DNA of 64,000 bases from Octopus vulgaris (taxonomy: Eukaryota): the NCBI GenBank assembly GCA_951406725.2, contig OX597837.1, positions 10,230,001 to 10,294,000 on the forward strand, in the 5' to 3' direction. Every line of letters starts with the position of its first letter. The stretch's first letter is position 1. Positions 1 through 13,329 of the stretch are shown here, piece after piece. The notes beneath the pieces are model-generated. The model did not search any database. It saw only the letters and a program-made list of their open reading frames with translations, and was not told where the DNA came from. A program made the position numbers and the translations under genes.

Positions 1-414
1 ATTATTTGGATTAGTTCGCAGTTTTCTTCAGAGATTAATTTATTTCGTTCGTTATTTTTTTTTTCATAATTAGAAAAAAAAAACCATGTTAATTTTTTTT
101 TTACTCTTTGACTAATATTATAAACTTAAAACTAATTATTATTACAAAAGAAACTTACCACAGATTACACAACACAATAAGTATATATGTAATATATATA
201 TTATATATATAATGTATGTACACACATACACATTATTGAAGAGAGAAAGAGAGAGAGAGATACGTGACAAAGGGTGGCAAAATTTGTAATTTGAAAACAT
301 TTAGCTATCGATATAAGTTTAAAGAAGGTAAAAAAAAAAAAAAAAGAAAAATCGACTGAAATCATTACAAACAAGATAATCGAAATCCTGATAAAGTGAA
401 CTCAATATATATAT

Positions 415-620
415 ATATGAAAGAAAAAAAGTGTTCAGAATGCTGGATGGTTGTAAAAATATATATTTATTTACATATCACATTATTTCTTAACATTAGC
501 GCTCTGGTGAAACTACAGGAGTAGTTGAAAGCGTTAATATGAAGAAATAATATGTGATATGTAAATAAATATATATTTTTACAACCATCCAGAATTCTGA
601 ACACCTATTTTCTTTCATAT
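415..620. repeat. Long inverted repeat (fold-back) with a hammerhead-like apex
   Basis: 415-503 (atatgaaagaaaaaaagtgttcagaatgctggatggttgtaaaaatatatatttatttacatatcacattatttctt...) is the near-perfect reverse complement of 530-620; the loop reads CTGGTGA-aactac-agga-gtagtt-GAAA. Confidence 0.9.
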
Positions 621-654
621 TGTATTAAATCTGTACATCACCCACAATACTTCT

Positions 655-696
<42 letters not shown>

Positions 697-789
697 TTCA
701 GCAAAATTTAGATTCAAATGAATAGGGTACTTAAAGTTATATGCACCAGAATTTTGTATGGTGTTATCCATATAAATCCATGGGGTGAT

Positions 790-866
790 TATAATAAAAA
801 ATAAGCAACAAGAATATCTCCGAACCAAATTACCCGAGAGATATTCTTATTGCTTATTTTGATTAT
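790..866. repeat. Inverted repeat with ~30-bp arms next to (TA)n
   Basis: ataataaaaaataagcaacaagaatatctc pairs with gagatattcttattgcttattttgattat; ~17-nt spacer. Confidence 0.85.
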
Positions 867-1039
867 ATATATATATATATATACATATATATACCTCAAA
901 AATCGTACGCTACGTTTAAATATTTTTTTTTAAAATCATAACTGACTGTTGTATATATTGTGTGATGTATAATAAAGAAGAATAAAAAAAAAATAAAGAA
1001 GAAAAAAACTAGAATAAAAAAAGGTCTCGAGAGTTAAAC

Positions 1040-1110
1040 GCACGAACTGTGAAAGTTGCCGGCAGCTTATAATAAATCCTTGCACACTTCCTGGCGGTCA
1101 CCTGTCAGAT
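1040..1110 (-). promoter_or_regulatory. Candidate minus-strand core promoter
   Basis: Unique sequence. Minus strand reads TGACAGGTG (Meis/E-box, 1099-1107), CAGGAAGT (ETS, 1086-1093), TTTATTATAAG (1066-1076), then CAGTT Inr-like at 1045-1049. Confidence 0.3.
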
Positions 1111-1224
1111 ATGAATACTACTTCTACTATACTTGTGCTAATATAACTACTACTACTACTACTACTACTGTTACTACCATTGTTAATGACTGCTGCTGTC
1201 GCTGTTGCTATTACCACCGTTGAT

Positions 1225-1530
1225 AGTGAGAGAGAGAGAGAGAAGTAAGAGGTTACAAAGAAGCATGGGAGAGAAGAAAGCGGGAAGTGGAGAGAGGGGA
1301 GAGGAAAGAGAGATAGAAGAGGAGGGAGAGAGAATTAGAGAAGGGGAGGGAGAGAGAGAGAAAACTAGAGAAAGGGAGGGGGAAGAGGAAACTAGAGAAG
1401 GGGAGGGAGAGAGAGAAAACTAGAAGAGGAGAGAGAGGGGAAACTGGAGAAGAGGAGAGAGAGGGAACTGGAGGAGAGGAGAGAGAGAACTGTAGGAGAG
1501 GAGAGAGAGGGAGGGAGAGAGAGCGATGGG
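1225..1530 (+). repeat. Polypurine GA-rich tract with degenerate aactagagaaggggagggagag sub-repeats
   Basis: Nearly pure A/G over ~300 bp with a recurring aact anchor. Confidence 0.85.
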
Positions 1531-4201
1531 GTGAGGGTTGAATAATAGATTGAGTTGATTGCTGGGCTAAAAACACCTGAATTGACACCTGAACTGGACG
1601 GGGAGAGAAGGAGGAGAAATGATTAACTGCTACTTAAGACACCGGAAACGTATTTAGGACATCACAACTAATCATACACACAATACTACTGACACATGTC
1701 ACAACCTCTGTCATAGCTACGACAGTCACCCGAGCAACCTCAGTCGTAAACTCAAATCACAACGGCCGACGGTCTAACTCAGTACTAAACACGTCAGAGG
1801 TACCACAACCACCACGACCATCACTAAACACTTATCAAATCATTCATCAATCATCATCATCATCATCATATAACCTCTATTTTATCATGCTTACATGGCT
1901 AGAATAAATTTTCTACGGCCAGATGCCCCTCATGTCACCAACCATCACCTGTTTCCAAATAAGGAAATGTTCGATTTCCGCCGAGGTCAACTTTGCCTTT
2001 CATCCTTTCGGGGGTCGATGAAACAAGTACCAGTTACGTACTGGGTCAAAGTAATCGTCTAACCCCCCTCCTCCCCTCAAATTGCAGGCCTTGTGCCTAT
2101 AGAAGTAAAATGTGTCTTCATGGGGAGACAACCTCAACCTCGCTAGTATGACCGTGATGCACATTTACAACCATCGCTTGATATCTTGGCAACAGTACAC
2201 GCAAACACGGCGGGCTTCTTTCAGTTTCCGTCAACCAAATGCACTCGCAAGGCTTCAGTCAGAGATAATAAAAGCCAAGGGACCAGTTAAGCAGAGGGGA
2301 CTGAACCCAGGACCTCGTGGTTCGAGAGCAAGTTTTTAACCACACAACCACCTCCAGCCAACTCCCTGAAGCATGGCCACCACAAAGATTCACATTGCCT
2401 CAGTTTAGAGGGCTTCATTAAAACACAAGCTGTTGATTAAAATGATACCATTTCCTGGAACTTATCTGAGACGAAAGGCAAAACTGACCGATTTCGACAA
2501 GATTTGAACCCCGAACATACAGAAATAGTAACTACATACCACAACCACTAAGTAACTATTAACTAGAAACATTATTATTTCTAAATATCTCAACAAGAGG
2601 TATTCAGTCACAGTACTCTAAAATAAATATTATTTGCCAACAGGTGACAGACACAGGTGGAGACGATGTTTCCTGGGGTTAAACAACAGTAACATTCGTC
2701 CCAATCGGGACTGCCATATTATGCTGGCAAATAATCTTTACTTTAAAGTAACAATTATTTCCCACATAAACGATAAGGTCAGAAAATTGGTGGAAGGGAA
2801 CAACACATCGTATTCGACACCAATTAAAGGTGAACAAGGCTGGGCTTGATGAACCCAGACACAATTTTTTATGTCTTATCACGAGCCCTTGGACCTCATA
2901 AAGTCGGAGTTTAATCCGGTTTGTATGACGAATAAATGATTGAGATTATGATAGGTCCACCGAAGGATTGTTAACTTCACAGCTATTGCTGGAATGTCAT
3001 GTACAACTGAGCGGAGCGGGGGTGGGGAACGTGAATTGTGTCCGGGAATCGAAACCTCGATCCCATGACCATGCGTACAACACACTGAGAACTGCAACTT
3101 TGTCCAACACACCATTTTATCTACCAAGCCCTCTTCTATTCTTTCATTGCCACAAGATTGCCACGGATTGCAGGGATATACACAATGTGGTAGAGTTCCC
3201 TAGAAAGGATGACGGTTAAATGGCCAGTCAAGTAACCCAAGAGGGCCAAAAGCAGTTTCTAACATTGGGCAAGTGTCTTCTACTATAGCCTCAACCCAAC
3301 CAATGCCTTGTGAATGGACTTGGAAACTGCATGGAAGCCTGTAATACACAGGTGTGTCTTTTTACTTGTCTCTCTTCCTACATTTGACAACCGATGTAGG
3401 TTTGTTTAGGGTCCAGGCAAGAAGAGACCGAAAGAATTTTAGTGCCAGACTTCACCAAAAAAAAAAAAAAAAAAGAAAAAAGAAAAGAAAATACCGGGGT
3501 CAATCGAAATTGGTGCTCCAGTATGACCTCCATCAAATCAAAGAAAAACAAGGAAGAAGAAAGTAAAACATAACCCCACCGAATCAAAATTGACCTTGGC
3601 GTGATTTGAACCCCGAACTTAAGTAGACTGAATAAAAAAAATCCGCTAGTTTCTTTTGCCTGCCCCTTTTTTAACAGCTCTTCCAATCCACCAATAATAA
3701 TTATGAACCACCTCTAATGGGGGGAAAAAAAGAAAAAAAAAAAAGACGAAAGACAGGTCTTCTCAACGGGTGGGTCTCTTCTGTGGTATATACTGACATT
3801 CCTACTGCGCCTAAGTTTCTAAGAAGACGGTGATCTGGTTTGGAAAATATTTTATCTGCTTAACAACAACAACAACAACAACACCACAGATAAAAAAATG
3901 TCCTCACTACAACACGTATTTTTTATCACTGACCACCGCCATCACCACCACCACTACCTCCGCAACAATGCACTTTTGAAATGCCTGCGTGAGTGTATGA
4001 GCGTAGTGTAGGAGTTATTTTTTCTCATGTTCGAAAGCTGGAGGTTATCAACCCAGAAACACTTATGCAAATAACGTATTAACGAGTTTAATTACCACAG
4101 ATACACACACACACACCTATGTGTACTGTAAAGATAGAGAAAAGACGAACGGACAGAGAATGTGAGCGAGCGCGTGCGCATGTGTATATATATTTATATA
4201 T

Positions 4202-4402
4202 ATCTTTATTGCCCACAAGGGGCTTAAACGTAGAGGGGACAAACAAGGACAGACAAACGGATTAAGTCGATTACATCGACCCCAGTGCGTAACTGGTACT
4301 TTATTTATCGACCCCGAAAGGATGAAAGGCAAAGTCGACCTCGGCGGAATTTGAACTCAGAACGTAACGGCAGACGAAATACGGCTACGGATTTCGCCCA
4401 GC
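4202..4402 (-). mobile_element. SINE family A (tRNA-derived, conserved central domain)
   Basis: Reverse complement of ...gttctgagttcaaattccgccgaggtcgactttgcctttcatcctttcggggtcgataaat..agtaccagttacgcactggggtcg..., with B-box-like GAGTTCAAATTCC. Other partial copies at ~1975-2105(+), 7255-7490(-), 10158-10335(+), 14940-15200(-), 25535-25670(-), 27316-27447(-), 31796-31933(-). The central domain resembles the MetaSINE core as I recall it (unverified). Confidence 0.9.
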
Positions 4403-4595
4403 TCTCTCTCTCTCACACACATATATATATATATATTTATATATATATATATATGATGTTTGTGTGTTTGCATCTCCGTAACTGAGCGGCTCGGCAAAAG
4501 ACACCGATAGAAAAAATATCAGGCTGCGGTCGATTCATTCGATTAAAAACTGAAAGCCGCAGTCTAATGACTGAAACAAGTACACATACACGTAT

Positions 4596-4658
<63 letters not shown>

Positions 4659-4659
<1 letters not shown>

Positions 4660-5027
4660 TAGCAGTATCGCCCGGCGTTGCTCGGGTTTGTAAAGGAAAT
4701 AACTATAAAGCATTTTTAGAGAGTTATAGCCAAAAAATGGAAAAACAATGATGGTAATTTTTTTTTTAGTTAAAAAGGTCAATTTGCGTCCCCTAGACCG
4801 TCTGTGGTTTGTGTTTCTGATTGTCGACCCCATGTCGAATTTATCGATTTTTTTCAGAACTGGGGGAACTTTTCAAAATTTTCGCTGCGTTAGTTTTGAA
4901 TTATGACATTGGGCTATGTGTGTGTCAAGTTTCATCAGAATCGGTTGAAAGCCGTGGTCAGGGTGAGGGTACAACCTAACAGACACACAGAAACACACAC
5001 AGACAAACTGCCGTTTATATATAGAGA
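4659..5027 (-). mobile_element. Non-autonomous Helitron
   Basis: Minus strand starts A|TC(tctatatataaacggcag) and ends with the hairpin cccgagcaacgccggg followed by cgatactgCTAG|T; inserted in (TA)n; no TSD or TIR. Confidence 0.9.
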
Positions 5028-5469
5028 TATATATATATATATATATTAACATGTAAGAGTGTTTAGAGAACCACCAACGCCTATTACGACTCCCGGATGT
5101 TGCTGAAGAAGAAAGAAAAGAAGTAGGAAATCAGAAGAAACGATGAATGGTAGGAAGAGGAAAGTGAAAGCAAAAATGCTGGCAATGATAGAAGAGAGAA
5201 AGAGAGGAAGAACAAAAAAAAATAATAAGAGAAAAGATAGATTATCCGACGGGGTGGGGTAGGGTGGAGTAGATTTTGATTATTACTAAGGCTTGCAAAG
5301 ATATGAAGGGAGACGAAAGGTGGACAGAAGAGATTCGATTCTGGTGTAACTACTTTAGAGAGAGATTAAATTGCCCTCCCCCATTTATTATTATCATCAT
5401 CTGCCCCCACCCCCAGCAATTTTGTTAAAAGGTGGGTGAATTTTGCAGAAAAACAGAAGACGAAGATTG

Positions 5470-5620
5470 GTCTATAAACAAGAAACAAGTGTATAAGTTT
5501 GACGTTCGGAAAGGCGATAAAGTCTTTTACATTTCGAGCCTACGCTCTTCAGCAGAAAGGAACACGATGAAATAAACAGAGAGAGAATAATAAAAACTTG
5601 TGGATTTAGCGGTTGATCAG
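5470..5620 (-). mobile_element. Family D (hammerhead-bearing, Penelope-like), diverged copy
   Basis: Shares gtcttttac.tttcgagcctacgctcttc..cagaaagg with the copies at 19386, 44237 and 50457. Confidence 0.7.
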
Positions 5621-5666
5621 GGTGTCTGTGTGTGCGTGTGTGTGTGTACGTACATGGTTGGCTTGT

Positions 5667-5879
5667 AAAAGTCACCTGATAGTAAATCAAAACCCATTTA
5701 ATTCCAAGATTGAAGCATAAAAAATTATTTTATGAGAATTCGTTAATAGACAAATGCTAAAAGAAAAAATGGGTTTTAACTCACAGTATTCAATTATTAA
5801 ACATTCATAACTGGAATGAATAAATGAAATTGAATATTAAGTATTTATGGAATTTTGATTTACTGTCGGGTGAATTTTT
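5667..5879. repeat. Fold-back element with ~35-bp terminal inverted repeats
   Basis: aaaagtcacctgatagtaaatcaaaacccatt versus the reverse complement of the right end, aaaaattcacccgacagtaaatcaaaattccat; lies between (TG)n and (TA)n. Confidence 0.75.
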
Positions 5880-5882
5880 GGT

Positions 5883-5928
<46 letters not shown>

Positions 5929-6144
5929 CACACAAACACACACATCGTATTTGTATCTGATTTGAAAGATTCTTAATGTGAATTCGTGTGTTGAAACAAA
6001 TTTTGTTACATCTGGAGAAAGTCATATTGCCTTAATATATTTAACACACAGGTTCAATTTCCACTCTTATTATTAGTAGTAGTAGTGTGTGCGTGTCTGA
6101 GCGTGTATGAGTTTCAGTGATTATGTACATGCATCTGCTATGTA

Positions 6145-6254
6145 GGAAGTCCTACTGCGTGGCACCTTGGGCAAGTGTCTTCTACTATAGCCTCGGACCG
6201 ATCAAAGCTTTGCGAGTGGATTTGGTAGGTGGAAATATATACAACGGACTCTTT

Positions 6255-6350
<96 letters not shown>

Positions 6351-6480
6351 CGCCACCATAGCGGTTCGGCAAAAGTATTACGCTTACAAAGAATAAGTCT
6401 TGGGGTTGATTTGTTCCACTAAAGGCGGTGCTCCAGCATGGCCGCAGTCAAATGACTGAAACAAGTAAAAGAATAAAAGA
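6145..6480 (+). mobile_element. SINE family B (tRNA-derived, CORE-like ggcaccttgggcaagtgtcttct, internal microsatellite), 5'-truncated
   Basis: Matches the full copies at 38378 and 45212; tail ggcggtgctccagcatggccgcagtcaaatgactgaaacaagtaaaag. Confidence 0.9.
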
Positions 6481-7585
6481 ACACACACACACACCTTCTT
6501 CCAGAATAGGTACTGGCGTCTATTTGTCTAAAATATTCAAGGTGGTATATCCCACCATGGTCGCAGTCCATTGACCAATAACAGGTAAAATAAGGAATGG
6601 CTATATCGACGCCAGAAAGGCCAAAGAGATTATAGTGACCCCGGATGCGATCTGAACTTCGGACATAACGACGCCACGATTCTTAACAGTTCAGTGTCAG
6701 AAGAGGAAAAAAGAGAGAAGGGAACAAAGAGAAAAATGAAAGGTAAGGAAAGAAATGGAATGAAAAGTGATAATAGGAAGGTAAAAGAGGAAGAGAAAAT
6801 ATGGTGGGGGGGGGGGGGGGGGGGGTACGGCTCCCCTACAATGAAAAGAAAAATGGGAGACATAAAGGGAGATGGTTTCATTTAATAGAGCAGGGAGTGA
6901 TCATCAGGTGGATGGAGGTGTTAAGGAACTGAGAAAATCTATGTAGATTGTATGTGTGTGTGTGTAAGAGAGAGACGCACAGACAGAGAGTATAAAGGAG
7001 AGAGTATGAAGGAGGGAAAGAGGAGCAGGGAGAATGCTTGATATGCTAACAATTCAAGGTGTGGTTAGATTAATCTAGATCCGTTCTGCACCCAACCTGG
7101 TTTGTGTGAAATTTATGCAGACATTCTATAGGTTGTATGAGCGTAGCCTCCTTTGTCGTGTCTTTTTCGCATAAAAACCAACAAAACGAGGAGAAAAAAA
7201 AAAGAAAAAAAAAACGAAACAAAAAAGAACAACTTCAACCGAACCACATTACTAATAACGCTTTCCAATCTGCGACACAAGGCCAGCAATTTCGAAGGTA
7301 GGACGAAATCGATTTACACCGACCTATCAATTTCAGTGGTCTACTGGTATGTTATTTTATCGACCCCTACATGGGACGAAAAGCAAATTTGGTCTCTGCG
7401 ATTTGAACCCGGGTTGTAAAAGAGCCGGGAGAAATTCCACAAACCATTTTGTCCGCCATGTTAAAAAATTCTGCTAAGTTCACTGCCTTATAATAAAACG
7501 GTTTCTAATTTTGGTAAAGGGCCAGAAATTTAAGGGTGTAGGGGCTGTTACTTGATTACATCAGCCCCTGTTCTTATTTCGACAG

Positions 7586-7623
7586 CGAAAAGTATTTATC
7601 TGAATCGAGGAATGAAATAGCAG
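7586..7623 (+). other. Possible plus-strand micro-exon (EKYLSESRNEIA)
   Basis: ctgttcttatttcgacag| 38 nt, one open frame |CAG-gtgagt consensus donor. Such a site could occur by chance in 64 kb. Confidence 0.2.
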
Positions 7624-7688
7624 GTGAGTGATACCAAAAATTACACCACCAGCCAATCCTAAAACACCGTTTTCGGTGATGCAACACT

Positions 7689-7845
7689 CGTCGTCGTTTA
7701 ACGTGCCCTTTCCATGCTAGCATGGGTTGGACGATTTTGACTGTGGGCTGGCGAACCAGATGGCTGTACCAGGCTCCAGTCTTGATCTGGCAGAGTTTCT
7801 ACAGCTGGATGCCCTTCCTAACGCCAACCACCCCGAGAGTGTAGC
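7689..7845 (-). mobile_element. SINE family C, 3' portion (RTE-like (GAT)n tail)
   Basis: Reverse complement of ggttggcgttaggaagggcatccagctgtagaaactctgcc...catgctagcatggaaag..cgttaaacga; copies at 18980-19141(+), 34228-34368(+), 48688-49108(+). Confidence 0.85.
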
Positions 7846-10348
7846 GGGATAATTACATTCTATAAGATTGCATCAAAAGTACAATACACTATAAAACCGA
7901 CTAATGAGGAAGACGTAGTGGACAAGAAACGCTAGATCGTGGTTTCGAATCTGACTGGACGTGTCTTGTGTAAAACACATTTCACTTCACTTCAGTCAAT
8001 TCAGCTGTCAACGGTAAAACCTACAATGGATTGGCTTTCTGTTTAGGGCAAGGGTAACTCAACTAGTTTTGGCCCGTGGAACTCTGATTATAGTTTCACT
8101 CGGGTGGGCCTTCATAGCCAGTCGTTGATTAGTAATTTCTATTATATCTTTGTACTTAAATATTATCAGGAATTGTATTAATACGAAATAAGATTGTCAA
8201 AATATTTGAAGAAGTGGAACCAATTTACTGCTCATAAATTATAATAAAATCTTATATGGCCCCCTCATGGGTCCTATGGACCCCAGTTGAAAACTACTGG
8301 ATTAGAGTGTTGTTTGGTTTTCCTGTCTAAGCAGCGCAGGGCAGCATCATTAGACCGTTATAGCAATACGGAGAAGTGCACAGTGACAAGCAGTGTGTAA
8401 CAACATCCGATAGTCTGGTCGATATAGTGATACTATTTAAGAGGGAGACGACTGTGTTCTTTGAACAACAGGGATAATCCTTTGATCATGGACGTTCTCT
8501 GAATGGGACATCACAAAAACAAGGGTAAAAGGGGTTGAGCAAGCCTTTCAATTCCTTACGCTCCATTATCAGTTAGTTGAAAGCGTTTGGAAGGTGGCTC
8601 TTGATTTAGTCCTCAACTCCCCCAATCAAACTAACCTTCTCTACAAAGCAATGTGAAAAACTAATGCTGTAGTTGTTTAACCCCATCTAAAAGGAACTGC
8701 AACTAGATGCCGTTAAATCCAAGGTCAGACCTAAGGTTAAAGACATTCCAACTGTGACCAAACAGCTAAGTTCTTTTTCAACATGCTAAGACACCCAAAA
8801 CTGCATTTTCTAACGTAACCCGTTCCAGGACAGCACGATGTGAGATTTTTTAGGGTAATTTGGCTCGCTTTCCCTAACAGGTCGATCCACCCGTAGAAGA
8901 AGTCAAGAACTGTTTTTTTAACTTCTCCGTGACTCTACCCGAGTAAGAAGAATTGGTAACTCGTACCGCAACTTCGTTAATTCTTTTAGGTGCCCGCGTA
9001 ATTGCTAACAGATAGAATCGCTGCCCTCGCGCTCTTCATCCAATGAAATCTCCAGGATGCTTAACAGCTTGAGAGATCGAAGCCCTGCATCAGCACTGAG
9101 CTGCTGTACACATTTCCGCTTCCTGGAGACTCGACATGAAATGATATGCTTTACTCGAAAACACAACGAACTGCGCGGTCTAGGAATTGATCCTTTGACA
9201 TCAGAGTCGCGAGGCCAAAACCCTAACGAGTAGGCCATAAGTCTTCACATTTTTTTTTGGGGGGGGTGGTACATTATCGAATCACTTTCTGAGTCAATAA
9301 AATAAAGTACCAATCAAAGTCGATGATGCCGAATTGATCCTATCACTCCTCTCCCAACGTCAAAATCGCCCCCTTGAGTCAAATTCTGAAAATATTATCT
9401 AAAATGGCCTAGGTCTATGTCACATGGCCCAAATATGACAGGCTTTGATTTGAGGGGCATTTAGCTGCTGTTTCCAGCAAGTGGGGGCTATCTATAGACG
9501 CTGTTAATGCCAAATCTTTTATAGGTTAAGTTTAAGCTTAAGAGTAGCGTAAAACGATGAGAAGTAAAAGATTATAGATAATAAAGAACAAATGCTATCA
9601 ATCAAGTTAGACAGGTGGGAGAGGGGGAGAGGGGTAGTGCTCGAAGTGTCTAAATAAACTAATGCGTTGCTAGGGTCACAGCGGAAGGTAAGCGGTGCGG
9701 CAGTACGGGGCGGTGGAGGTGACAGTTGTGAGCGATAAGAGTACAGAGTCAGAGACTGCCTTGGGAGGGAGTATGTAAGAAGCATAACCTACATGATAGG
9801 TGTACCAGGGTGGAGTGTATGTAGATAGATAGGCAGGTAGAGAGAGAGAGAGACAGAGGGGTGGGATGAATAGAGATAGAGAGCGCGTTGGGTTCCCAGC
9901 TTTTAGATTTAGGTCAACACAGACCGTCCAGAGGTGCTGAATTCCAGCCGTGGCTATCCCCTGTGTTTCTTATGTGCAAAGAACACAAGACGATAGAATT
10001 CTAACCGTCAGGGTGTGTTTTGAGGGAGATTTCGCTGCTTAATTCTTGTCGACCAGGGTTTGGTAGGACTTTACGTTTAAAAAGGGTCACAGGATGGAGG
10101 TAAAGTGAGATAAGGGACAGCAAACAAAGATTTATTATTATTATTATTACTATTATTGAAGCGATGAGATAGCAGAATCGTTAACACGCTTAGCAACATT
10201 TCGCCTATCCTTACATTCGGAGTTCAAATTCCGTCGGGATCGATAAAATAAAGACCAATTTGACCGATGTAATCGACTGGGCCCTTCCCCGCAAAGATTT
10301 TAGGTTTTGTGCCCATCCTATAGAAAGGGGTTATTACTATTGGCAACG

Positions 10349-10399
<51 letters not shown>

Positions 10400-12427
10400 A
10401 TACACACACACACACAGATAGACAGATAGATAGAGAGAGAGATCAGGGGCTGTGTGTTGTGTATTAGGTAATGTGGAGGTGAATTAGGACCAGTAGTTAT
10501 GGAGTAAACTGCTAATGACTGTACAAGTGAAGTGTTGGGTTCAGATCACGTGAGATGATCCGAGTTTTACGTAACGGAAGCCTAAAGATACGAAGGACTC
10601 CGTTTGAATGAAGCTGATGCTCGCCTCTTCAACTGTCCCATCATGTAAAGACAACACGATACGCAAAGAGCTTCCTCTAGTTTCCGTCTAACAAATCCAC
10701 CCAAAGGCTTTTGTCGACAATGGGATACCATGAGTTATTTGCCCAAGGTGCCCTGCAGGGACTCTCAAATTGAAATTATACGGTCGAGAATCTAACTTAA
10801 CTACAAAGCTACGCCTGCGCCTAATACTCATGAATATAAAACGATACATTATATATAACTTCTATTAAGATTTTCTTTAGGAATTAGAGGCAGCACTAAA
10901 AAGCTACGACGTTTCGTACAGAAATATGACTGAGTCGCACTGCTAACACAGGTAGGACAGTATTGACATATAAGCCTTTTAGTATATTCTTGATAGTATA
11001 TTTACGGTTGTATAATGAAATAACGTATCCCAACCAGCAATTAATACACACACACACACACATACACACGTAGACCGTATACGAAAATATATAGACATAG
11101 TTTTAAAAACAACGATTTTATAGTGTTCTTTTCTTTTCTTTGTACACACATACACAAACACACATATAAACATACAAATATACAAGCCATCAAGGACACT
11201 GTTAAACTATGTGAAACATTCCGGAAGTTTAGTCTGTGATAAATACATATATATACACACATGCGGGCATGCAAAAACACGTGTGTTCAGTTGTCAAAAC
11301 ATAAATCCAATGATGCGGGTGATTCCACAAAAGATGCAAGCGTGCACACATTCATACATACATGCTTTTTATATATATAAGCAAACATGGACTATTCCGG
11401 GTTAGAAACCGGTTCCCCCCTCTGATTTGAAATGAGGAAAATAATCTAAAAAAAAATACGCGCACAAACATGTATGATGTCATAAGGATATCTATGACTT
11501 TTTTGGAACTGTATCTTGAAGGACATAAAGCTATGAATAATAATAAGCATTTAAATATATTGGGTTGAAAAACCCTTTGAATATATCTACAAGAGATGTG
11601 GGTTCGTGACACACGGACAGCCTTCGCTTTTTTTTTTCTTTCTATCTAACTTCATATAAATTTATACGCCATTAGTTATCAGCTTTATGTACTTCGAGAT
11701 TCAGTTCAAAAAAGAAATTTCACACACATACACTTATGCGCACACAAATAATGGGCCAATTCATTCTAAATAGCAAAAAAAAAAGAAAGTTCAGGTAAGA
11801 GAAACCACGTGTGTAGGATATGTGCAGGTGCGTTGAAGGTTTCTGTCTACTGCCCCGCTCCACCCTCTTCAATCGGTCGTGATAGCCATGGTGATGATAA
11901 TAGTGACGGCGAGTAAGACAAGGGGGTTGAAAACAAAAGACAGACACACACACATACAGGTATGAAAAGACAATAAATAAATAGGACAGGTGTATATTTA
12001 GAAATATAAGCAAGAGATTGCTAAAAGGCGGGTATGAGTGAAAAGAAGTACCCGGGTGTTGTAGCAGTAGTAGTTCTCAGGTGAAGCAAAATGTCTTGTT
12101 TTTTTTTTTCATTCCCCCCGCCCCCGTCGCCACCAAAAAGCTTACAACCTAACAATTCTGTCAACGCTAACCTTAGAACCATATGCGGTTGTGGGGTGGG
12201 GGGTCACATATGGAATAAGTTACAGGTGAGATAACCTCGGTTAGGTGAGATTGTACGCACAATTAAAAGACAAACAAAAATACCCAGGTTGCTAAAAAAT
12301 CTCTAGAAAAAAAAATAGAACAAGAGAGAGGGGGTTAGGTTTCTAAAAATCTATAGAAAAAAAATAGAACAAGGGAGATAATTTCTAATGATATCAGCCA
12401 CTTGCATGAGAGAGAAAATTTTAAAAA

Positions 12428-12462
<35 letters not shown>

Positions 12463-12672
12463 CGATGTGGAGATAGAAGTGAATACGAGTGTTTGAAATC
12501 GGAAATAAATGGTTCAACCCCCGGTCACACACCCCACCCCACAAGTCTAATAGGTGTAAAAAAAAATGTGTAGGAAACGAATATATAAACAAAAATTTGC
12601 GCAAACGAACGGGGGTGGGTGGGGAAAGAACTTTCGGAAAATTCGCAAGATTCGATTTTTCACCCCCTCCTC

Positions 12673-13091
12673 ATAACTTTTGGTTTGAACGGCAGTTTTT
12701 TTCTAGCGGTGTCATATGAAATTGTCACCCATAATTATGACCCTAGTATCGATCTATTGCATTTCAATCTCTTTTAGGGTTAGAGTTGGTTAGGGATGGG
12801 GGAAGGGTATCTTTTTTTCTTCGCAGATGTAAATAAACCCAATCTGTTTCTTAAACGAGGGACATATTCATACGGCACAGAATGTTTTCACCTCAATAGA
12901 CGTCATTGATTGGTTGAAATTGCAGAAATTGAAGAAAAAAAAACAACAATATCTAACAAACTATAGAATTTTCTCAATAAAGCCAAGAGAAAAAGATGTT
13001 TTATAAACACATTCTACCAGTATACGAAGTTTAAAAGTGTTTAGTTACGTGGAAATTATTTTAAAAACTGCCGGTCAAACCGAAAAGATCC
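12673..13091. mobile_element. MITE with ~25-bp TIRs and an internal telomere-like motif
   Basis: Left cttttggtttgaacggcagttttt versus right aaaaactgccggtcaaaccgaaaagatcc; internal tttagggttagagttggttaggg; partial second copy at 54533-54830. Confidence 0.85.
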
Positions 13092-13329
13092 GACGGGGAA
13101 GATAGAAAATAATTAACCTAAGGCGCACTGAGAATGGACCCAAAACGACGTGGTTTCGAAGCGAACTTCTTATCCCTACAGCCGAGGGGCTTAATTATTG
13201 TTTAATTACTTTATCATCAACGGGCATTTAAAATGAAATGTCATTTACCCACAACCGATTAAACACTAAAAAGGCAAGCGGAAATGTAGTCCAATTAAAT
13301 GATAATCCTCTCCTTGAAAGTCTACACCC

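Noticed and set aside
1690-1872. Thr/Ser-rich open frame (THVTTSVIATT...SSSS*)
   Set aside because: No start codon or splice sites; low complexity.
6806-6825. Poly-G run of about 20 nt
   Set aside because: Simple homopolymer; G4-capable but no further support, and the length may be a sequencing artefact.
6870-6910. CTGATGA...GAAAC on the minus strand (and CTAATGA...GAAAC at ~7901)
   Set aside because: Neither stem I nor stem II can form; likely chance.
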